Shown here in pieces: positions 1-9,512 of a DNA stretch of 64,000 nucleotides (positions are counted from its first letter, which is position 1; each line of letters starts with the position of its first letter). The translations under genes and the position numbers were made by a program. Below the pieces are notes generated by a model, which saw nothing but the letters and a program-made list of their open reading frames with translations, made no database searches and had not been told where the DNA came from. The DNA comes from Auanema rhodensis (lineage: Eukaryota; Animalia; Nematoda), in contig OZ059900.1 of the NCBI GenBank assembly GCA_964057225.1, positions 5,208,001 to 5,272,000 on the forward strand. Reading direction: 5' to 3'.

Positions 1-27
1 CAAGAATTAAGCCATGCGAATGGCTCA
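1..27 (+). pseudogene. Second, internally deleted 18S rRNA 5' fragment (cut by the window start)
   Basis: 1-17 CAAGAATTAAGCCATGC matches 172-188 CAAGGATTAAGCCATGC at 16/17. 15-27 TGCGAATGGCTCA is the next conserved 18S block (ACTGCGAATGGCTCATT), which normally lies about 30 nt further downstream. Confidence 0.65.
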
Positions 28-135
28 CAGTCCAAAAAAAATTTTTTTTCCAACTTGTTTTCACGATACTCTCAAAACATTTTTTACACATTTTTAAAGA
101 GTTTCAACATCTAAATTAAAAAAAATTTTTTTTTA
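28..135. other. AT-rich spacer between the two 18S-like fragments, with two An-Tn tracts (possible 5' ETS remnant)
   Basis: A8T8 at 34-49 and A8T9 at 118-134. It lies immediately 5' of the 18S-like start at 136. ETS identity is inferred from position only. Confidence 0.4.
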
Positions 136-191
136 AAACTTGATTGAATCTGTCAGCGCTGTAGCTTTCCTCAAGGATTAAGCCATGCATG
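136..191 (+). pseudogene. Degenerate 5'-terminal fragment of an 18S (SSU) rRNA gene, rhabditid-nematode-like, truncated by the satellite
   Basis: AAACTTGATTGAATCTGTCAGCGCTGTAGCTTTCCTCAAGGATTAAGCCATGCATG aligns colinearly with the eukaryotic 18S start (consensus ACCTGGTTGATCCTGCCAGTAGTCATATGCTTGTCTCAAAGATTAAGCCATGCATG). It shares the TGATTGA.TCTGTCAGCGC variant I recall for C. elegans and strongylid 18S. The conserved GATTAAGCCATGCATG is exact at 176-191. Confidence 0.85.
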
Positions 192-3100
192 GTAGCCAGG
201 ACTTCCAATTTTATGTGAACAGTTAACTATACCACCTAAGTATCCGAAGAAAGTGATCTTGATTTGTAACTCGGTGCCCGTTAAAGATAGAAGAATACTG
301 TACATTTTGATGAACTCTCCATGGCCATATTAGTCTAAAAACACTATCTTATTGTGTTTGATGCATGGTAGCCAGGACTTCCAATTTTATGTGAAGAGTT
401 AACTATACCACCTAAGTATCCGAAGAAAGTGATCTTGATTTGTAACTCGGTGCCCGGTAAAGATAGAAGAATACTGTACATTTTGATTAACTCTCCATGG
501 CCATATTAGACTAAAAACACTATCTTATTGTGTTTGATGCATGGTAGCCAGGACTTCCAATTTTATGTGAACAGTTAACTATACCACCTAAGTATCCGAA
601 GAAAGTGATCTTGATTTGTAACTCGGTGCCCGGTAAAGATAGAAGAATACTGTACATTTTGATGAACTCTCCATGGCCATATTAGACTAAAAACACTATC
701 TTATTGTGTTTGATGCATGGTAGCCAGGACTTCCAATTTTATGTGAACAGTTAACTATACCACCTAAGTATCCGAAGAAAGTGATCTTGATTTGTAACTC
801 GGTGCCCGGTAAAGATAGAAGAATACTGTACATTTTGATGAACTCTCCATGGCCATATTAGACTAAAAACACTATCTTATTGTGTTTGATGCATGGTAGC
901 CAGGACTTCCAATATTATGTGAACAGTTAACTATACCACCTAAGTATCCGAAGAAAGTGATCTTGATTTGTAACTCGGTGCCCGTTAAAGATAGAAGAAT
1001 ACAGTACATTTTGATAAACTCTCCATGGCCATATTAGACTAAAAACACTATCTTATTGTGTTTGATGCATGGTAGCCAGGACTTCCAATTTTATGTGAAC
1101 AGTTAACTATACCACCTAAGTATCCGAAGAAAGTGATCTTGATTTGTAACTCGGTGCCCGGTAAAGATAGAAGAATACTGTACATTTTGATGAACTCTCC
1201 ATGGCCATATTAGACTAAAAACACTATCTTATTGTGTTTGATGCATGGTAGCCAGGACTTCCAATTTTATGTGAACAGTTAACTATACCACCTAAGTATC
1301 CGAAGAAAGTGATCTTGATTTGTAACTTGGTGCCCGGTAAAGATAGAAAAATACTGTACATTTTAATGAATTCTCCATGGTCATATTAGTCTAAAAACAC
1401 TATCTTATTGTGTTTGATGCATGGTAACCAAGACTTCCAATTTTATGTGAACAGTTAACTATACCACCTAAGTATCCGAAGAAAGTGATCTTGATTTGTA
1501 ACTCGGTGCCCGGTAAAGATAGAAGAATACTGTACATTTTGATGAACTCTCCATGGCCATATTAGACTAAAAACACTATCTTATTGTGTTTGATGCATGG
1601 TAGCCAGGACTTCCAATTTTATGTGAACAGTTAACTATACCACCTAAGTATCCGAAGAAAGTGATCTTGATTTGTAACTCGGTGCCCGGTAAAGATAGAA
1701 GAATACTGTACATTTTGATGAACTCTCCATGGCCATATTAGACTAAAAACACTATCTTATTGTGTTTGATGCATGGTAGCCAGGACTTCCAATTTTATGT
1801 GAACAGTTAACTATACCACCTAAGTATCCGAAGAAAGTGATCTTGATTTGTAACTTGGTGCCCGGTAAAGATAGAAAAATACTGTACATTTTAATGAATT
1901 CTCCATGGTCATATTAGTCTAAAAACACTATCTTATTGTGTTTGATGCATGGTAACCAAGACTTCCAATTTTATGTGAACAGTTAACTATACCACCTAAG
2001 TATCCGAAGAAAGTGATCTTGATTTGTAACTCGGTGCCCGTTAAAGATAGAAGAATACTGTACATTTTGATGAACTCTCCATGGCCATATTAGTCTAAAA
2101 ACACTATCTTATTGTGTTTGATGCATGGTAGCCAGGACTTCCAATTTTATGTGAAGAGTTAACTATACCACCTAAGTATCCGAAGAAAGTGATCTTGATT
2201 TGTAACTCGGTGCCCGGTAAAGATAGAAGAATACTGTACATTTTGATTAACTCTCCATGGCCATATTAGACTAAAAACACTATCTTATTGTGTTTGATGC
2301 ATGGTAGCCAGGACTTCCAATTTTATGTGAACAGTTAACTATACCACCTAAGTATCCGAAGAAAGTGATCTTGATTTGTAACTCGGTGCCCGTTAAAGAT
2401 AGAAGAATACTGTACATTTTGATGAACTCTCCATGGCCATATTAGTCTAAAAACACTATCTTATTGTGTTTGATGCATGGTAGCCAGGACTTCCAATTTT
2501 ATGTGAAGAGTTAACTATACCACCTAAGTATCCGAAGAAAGTGATCTTGATTTGTAACTCGGTGCCCGGTAAAGATAGAAGAATACTGTACATTTTGATT
2601 AACTCTCCATGGCCATATTAGACTAAAAACACTATCTTATTGTGTTTGATGCATGGTAGCCAGGACTTCCAATATTATGTGAACAGTTAACTATACCACC
2701 TAAGTATCCGAAGAAAGTGATCTTGATTTGTAACTCGGTGCCCGTTAAAGATAGAAGAATACAGTACATTTTGATAAACTCTCCATGGCCATATTAGACT
2801 AAAAACACTATCTTATTGTGTTTGATGCATGGTAGCCAGGACTTCCAATTTTATGTGAACAGTTAACTATACCACCTAAGTATCCGAAGAAAGTGATCTT
2901 GATTTGTAACTCGGTGCCCGGTAAAGATAGAAGAATACTGTACATTTTGATGAACTCTCCATGGCCATATTAGACTAAAAACACTATCTTATTGTGTTTG
3001 ATGCATGGTAGCCAGGACTTCCAATTTTATGTGAACAGTTAACTATACCACCTAAGTATCCGAAGAAAGTGATCTTGATTTGTAACTTGGTGCCCGGTAA

Positions 3101-3704
3101 AGATAGAAAAATACTGTACATTTTAATGAATTCTCCATGGTCATATTAGTCTAAAAACACTATCTTATTGTGTTTGATGCATGGTAACCAAGACTTCCAA
3201 TTTTATGTGAACAGTTAACTATACCACCTAAGTATCCGAAGAAAGTGATCTTGATTTGTAACTCGGTGCCCGGTAAAGATAGAAGAATACTGTACATTTT
3301 GATGAACTCTCCATGGCCATATTAGACTAAAAACACTATCTTATTGTGTTTGATGCATGGTAGCCAGGACTTCCAATTTTATGTGAACAGTTAACTATAC
3401 CACCTAAGTATCCGAAGAAAGTGATCTTGATTTGTAACTCGGTGCCCGGTAAAGATAGAAGAATACTGTACATTTTGATGAACTCTCCATGGCCATATTA
3501 GACTAAAAACACTATCTTATTGTGTTTGATGCATGGTAGCCAGGACTTCCAATTTTATGTGAACAGTTAACTATACCACCTAAGTATCCGAAGAAAGTGA
3601 TCTTGATTTGTAACTTGGTGCCCGGTAAAGATAGAAAAATACTGTACATTTTAATGAATTCTCCATGGTCATATTAGTCTAAAAACACTATCTTATTGTG
3701 TTTG
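185..3704. repeat. Imperfect 10-monomer (1760-bp) tandem duplication
   Basis: The private variant TACAGTA occurs only at 1003 and 2763 (1760 apart). Monomer type order matches except at monomers 3-4. Confidence 0.8.
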
Positions 3705-4584
3705 ATGCATGGTAACCAAGACTTCCAATTTTATGTGAACAGTTAACTATACCACCTAAGTATCCGAAGAAAGTGATCTTGATTTGTAACTCGGTGCCCG
3801 GTAAAGATAGAAGAATACTGTACATTTTGATGAACTCTCCATGGCCATATTAGACTAAAAACACTATCTTATTGTGTTTGATGCATGGTAGCCAGGACTT
3901 CCAATTTTATGTGAACAGTTAACTATACCACCTAAGTATCCGAAGAAAGTGATCTTGATTTGTAACTTGGTGCCCGGTAAAGATAGAAAAATACTGTACA
4001 TTTTAATGAATTCTCCATGGTCATATTAGTCTAAAAACACTATCTTATTGTGTTTGATGCATGGTAGCCAGGACTTCCAATTTTATGTGAACAGTTAACT
4101 ATACCACCTAAGTATCCGAAGAAAGTGATCTTGATTTGTAACTTGGTGCCCGGTAAAGATAGAAAAATACTGTACATTTTAATGAATTCTCCATGGTCAT
4201 ATTAGTCTAAAAACACTATCTTATTGTGTTTGATGCATGGTAGCCAGGACTTCCAATTTTATGTGAACAGTTAACTATACCACCTAAGTATCCGAAGAAA
4301 GTGATCTTGATTTGTAACTTGGTGCCCGGTAAAGATAGAAAAATACTGTACATTTTAATGAATTCTCCATGGTCATATTAGTCTAAAAACACTATCTTAT
4401 TGTGTTTGATGCATGGTAGCCAGGACTTCCAATTTTATGTGAACAGTTAACTATACCACCTAAGTATCCGAAGAAAGTGATCTTGATTTGTAACTCGGTG
4501 CCCGGTAAAGATAGAAAAATACTGTACATTTTAATGAATTCTCCATGGCCATATTAGACTAAAAACACTATCTTATTGTGTTTG

Positions 4585-7500
4585 ATGCATGGTAGCCAGG
4601 ACTTCCAATTTTATGTGAACAGTTAACTATACCACCTAAGTATCCGAAGAAAGTGATCTTGATTTGTAACTTGGTGCCCGGTAAAGATAGAAAAATACTG
4701 TACATTTTAATGAATTCTCCATGGTCATATTAGTCTAAAAACACTATCTTATTGTGTTTGATGCATGGTAGCCAGGACTTCCAATTTTATGTGAACAGTT
4801 AACTATACCACCTAAGTATCCGAAGAAAGTGATCTTGATTTGTAACTTGGTGCCCGGTAAAGATAGAAAAATACTGTACATTTTAATGAATTCTCCATGG
4901 TCATATTAGTCTAAAAACACTATCTTATTGTGTTTGATGCATGGTAGCCAGGACTTCCAATTTTATGTGAACAGTTAACTATACCACCTAAGTATCCGAA
5001 GAAAGTGATCTTGATTTGTAACTTGGTGCCCGGTAAAGATAGAAAAATACTGTACATTTTAATGAATTCTCCATGGTCATATTAGTCTAAAAACACTATC
5101 TTATTGTGTTTGATGCATGGTAGCCAGGACTTCCAATTTTATGTGAACAGTTAACTATACCACCTAAGTATCCGAAGAAAGTGATCTTGATTTGTAACTC
5201 GGTGCCCGGTAAAGATAGAAAAATACTGTACATTTTAATGAATTCTCCATGGCCATATTAGACTAAAAACACTATCTTATTGTGTTTGATGCATGGTAGC
5301 CAGGACTTCCAATTTTATGTGAACAGTTAACTATACCACCTAAGTATCCGAAGAAAGTGATCTTGATTTGTAACTTGGTGCCCGGTAAAGATAGAAAAAT
5401 ACTGTACATTTTAATGAATTCTCCATGGTCATATTAGTCTAAAAACACTATCTTATTGTGTTTGATGCATGGTAGCCAGGACTTCCAATTTTATGTGAAC
5501 AGTTAACTATACCACCTAAGTATCCGAAGAAAGTGATCTTGATTTGTAACTCGGTGCCCGGTAAAGATAGAAGAATACTGTACATTTTGATGAACTCTCC
5601 ATGGCCATATTAGACTAAAAACACTATCTTATTGTGTTTGATGCATGGTAGCCAGGACTTCCAATTTTATGTGAACAGTTAACTATACCACCTAAGTATC
5701 CGAAGAAAGTGATCTTGATTTGTAACTCGGTGCCCGTTAAAGATAGAAGAATACTGTACATTTTGATGAACTCTCCATGGCCATATTAGTCTAAAAACAC
5801 TATCTTATTGTGTTTGATGCATGGTAGCCAGGACTTCCAATTTTATGTGAAGAGTTAACTATACCACCTAAGTATCCGAAGAAAGTGATCTTGATTTGTA
5901 ACTCGGTGCCCGGTAAAGATAGAAGAATACTGTACATTTTGATTAACTCTCCATGGCCATATTAGACTAAAAACACTATCTTATTGTGTTTGATGCATGG
6001 TAGCCAGGACTTCCAATTTTATGTGAACAGTTAACTATACCACCTAAGTATCCGAAGAAAGTGATCTTGATTTGTAACTCGGTGCCCGGTAAAGATAGAA
6101 GAATACTGTACATTTTGATGAACTCTCCATGGCCATATTAGACTAAAAACACTATCTTATTGTGTTTGATGCATGGTAGCCAGGACTTCCAATATTATGT
6201 GAACAGTTAACTATACCACCTAAGTATCCGAAGAAAGTGATCTTGATTTGTAACTCGGTGCCCGTTAAAGATAGAAGAATACTGTACATTTTGATAAACT
6301 CTCCATGGCCATATTAGACTAAAAACACTATCTTATTGTGTTTGATGCATGGTAGCCAGGACTTCCAATTTTATGTGAACAGTTAACTATACCACCTAAG
6401 TATCCGAAGAAAGTGATCTTGATTTGTAACTCGGTGTCCGGTAAAGATAGAAGAATACTGTACATTTTGATGAACTCTCCATGGCCATATTAGACTAAAA
6501 ACACTATCTTATTGTGTTTGATGCATGGTAGCCAGGACTTCCAATTTTATGTGAACAGTTAACTATACCACCTAAGTATCCGAAGAAAGTGATCTTGATT
6601 TGTAACTTGGTGCCCGGTAAAGATAGAAAAATACTATACATTTTAATGAATTCTCCATGGTCATATTAGTCTAAAAACACTATCTTATTGTGTTTGATGC
6701 ATGGTAACCAAGACTTCCAATTTTATGTGAACAGTTAACTATACCACCTAAGTATCCGAAGAAAGTGATCTTGATTTGTAACTCGGTGCCCGGTAAAGAT
6801 AGAAGAATACTGTACATTTTGATGAACTCTCCATGGCCATATTAGACTAAAAACACTATCTTATTGTGTTTGATGCATGGTAGCCAGGACTTCCAATTTT
6901 ATGTGAACAGTTAACTATACCACCTAAGTATCCGAAGAAAGTGATCTTGATTTGTAACTCGGTGCCCGGTAAAGATAGAAGAATACTGTACATTTTGATG
7001 AACTCTCCATGGCCATATTAGACTAAAAACACTATCTTATTGTGTTTGATGCATGGTAGCCAGGACTTCCAATTTTATGTGAACAGTTAACTATACCACC
7101 TAAGTATCCGAAGAAAGTGATCTTGATTTGTAACTTGGTGCCCGGTAAAGATAGAAAAATACTGTACATTTTAATGAATTCTCCATGGTCATATTAGTCT
7201 AAAAACACTATCTTATTGTGTTTGATGCATGGTAGCCAGGACTTCCAATTTTATGTGAACAGTTAACTATACCACCTAAGTATCCGAAGAAAGTGATCTT
7301 GATTTGTAACTTGGTGCCCGGTAAAGATAGAAAAATACTGTACATTTTAATGAATTCTCCATGGTCATATTAGTCTAAAAACACTATCTTATTGTGTTTG
7401 ATGCATGGTAGCCAGGACTTCCAATTTTATGTGAACAGTTAACTATACCACCTAAGTATCCGAAGAAAGTGATCTTGATTTGTAACTTGGTGCCCGGTAA

Positions 7501-9512
7501 AGATAGAAAAATACTGTACATTTTAATGAATTCTCCATGGTCATATTAGTCTAAAAACACTATCTTATTGTGTTTGATGCATGGTAGCCAGGACTTCCAA
7601 TTTTATGTGAACAGTTAACTATACCACCTAAGTATCCGAAGAAAGTGATCTTGATTTGTAACTCGGTGCCCGGTAAAGATAGAAAAATACTGTACATTTT
7701 AATGAATTCTCCATGGCCATATTAGACTAAAAACACTATCTTATTGTGTTTGATGCATGGTAGCCAGGACTTCCAATTTTATGTGAACAGTTAACTATAC
7801 CACCTAAGTATCCGAAGAAAGTGATCTTGATTTGTAACTTGGTGCCCGGTAAAGATAGAAAAATACTGTACATTTTAATGAATTCTCCATGGTCATATTA
7901 GTCTAAAAACACTATCTTATTGTGTTTGATGCATGGTAGCCAGGACTTCCAATTTTATGTGAACAGTTAACTATACCACCTAAGTATCCGAAGAAAGTGA
8001 TCTTGATTTGTAACTCGGTGCCCGGTAAAGATAGAAGAATACTGTACATTTTGATGAACTCTCCATGGCCATATTAGACTAAAAACACTATCTTATTGTG
8101 TTTGATGCATGGTAGCCAGGACTTCCAATTTTATGTGAACAGTTAACTATACCACCTAAGTATCCGAAGAAAGTGATCTTGATTTGTAACTCGGTGCCCG
8201 TTAAAGATAGAAGAATACTGTACATTTTGATGAACTCTCCATGGCCATATTAGTCTAAAAACACTATCTTATTGTGTTTGATGCATGGTAGCCAGGACTT
8301 CCAATTTTATGTGAAGAGTTAACTATACCACCTAAGTATCCGAAGAAAGTGATCTTGATTTGTAACTCGGTGCCCGGTAAAGATAGAAGAATACTGTACA
8401 TTTTGATTAACTCTCCATGGCCATATTAGACTAAAAACACTATCTTATTGTGTTTGATGCATGGTAGCCAGGACTTCCAATTTTATGTGAACAGTTAACT
8501 ATACCACCTAAGTATCCGAAGAAAGTGATCTTGATTTGTAACTCGGTGCCCGGTAAAGATAGAAGAATACTGTACATTTTGATGAACTCTCCATGGCCAT
8601 ATTAGACTAAAAACACTATCTTATTGTGTTTGATGCATGGTAGCCAGGACTTCCAATATTATGTGAACAGTTAACTATACCACCTAAGTATCCGAAGAAA
8701 GTGATCTTGATTTGTAACTCGGTGCCCGTTAAAGATAGAAGAATACTGTACATTTTGATAAACTCTCCATGGCCATATTAGACTAAAAACACTATCTTAT
8801 TGTGTTTGATGCATGGTAGCCAGGACTTCCAATTTTATGTGAACAGTTAACTATACCACCTAAGTATCCGAAGAAAGTGATCTTGATTTGTAACTCGGTG
8901 TCCGGTAAAGATAGAAGAATACTGTACATTTTGATGAACTCTCCATGGCCATATTAGACTAAAAACACTATCTTATTGTGTTTGATGCATGGTAGCCAGG
9001 ACTTCCAATTTTATGTGAACAGTTAACTATACCACCTAAGTATCCGAAGAAAGTGATCTTGATTTGTAACTTGGTGCCCGGTAAAGATAGAAAAATACTA
9101 TACATTTTAATGAATTCTCCATGGTCATATTAGTCTAAAAACACTATCTTATTGTGTTTGATGCATGGTAACCAAGACTTCCAATTTTATGTGAACAGTT
9201 AACTATACCACCTAAGTATCCGAAGAAAGTGATCTTGATTTGTAACTCGGTGCCCGGTAAAGATAGAAGAATACTGTACATTTTGATGAACTCTCCATGG
9301 CCATATTAGACTAAAAACACTATCTTATTGTGTTTGATGCATGGTAGCCAGGACTTCCAATTTTATGTGAACAGTTAACTATACCACCTAAGTATCCGAA
9401 GAAAGTGATCTTGATTTGTAACTCGGTGCCCGGTAAAGATAGAAGAATACTGTACATTTTGATGAACTCTCCATGGCCATATTAGACTAAAAACACTATC
9501 TTATTGTGTTTG
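4585..9512. repeat. 14-monomer (2464-bp) tandem duplication: 4585-7048 and 7049-9512
   Basis: Private variants GTGTCCGG (6437, 8901) and ACTATAC (6636, 9100) are both 2464 apart, and the order of monomer types is identical. Confidence 0.9.

Noticed and set aside
136-191. Functional 18S rRNA gene
   Set aside because: It is only 56 bp, has changes at conserved positions, and is followed by satellite.
190-236. tRNA-like element on the minus strand (GGTGGTATAGTTAACTG...GTCCTGGCTACCA)
   Set aside because: It is only 47 nt, with an imperfect acceptor stem, no anticodon arm and no GTTCRA B box.
236-258. Resemblance of minus-strand ATCACTTTCTTCGGATACTTAG to the U2 snRNA 5' end
   Set aside because: The match is short and gapped, and the branch-point pairing sequence GTGTAGTA does not follow.
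196-333. 45-codon open frame on the plus strand (PGLPILCEQ...SPWPY)
   Set aside because: It has no start codon until its last few residues and is broken by the recurrent CCATAG variant.
506-511. Telomere-like hexamers TTAGAC (+) and TTAGGT (-) in the monomer
   Set aside because: They are single, non-tandem hexamers expected by chance; there is no TTAGGC tract.
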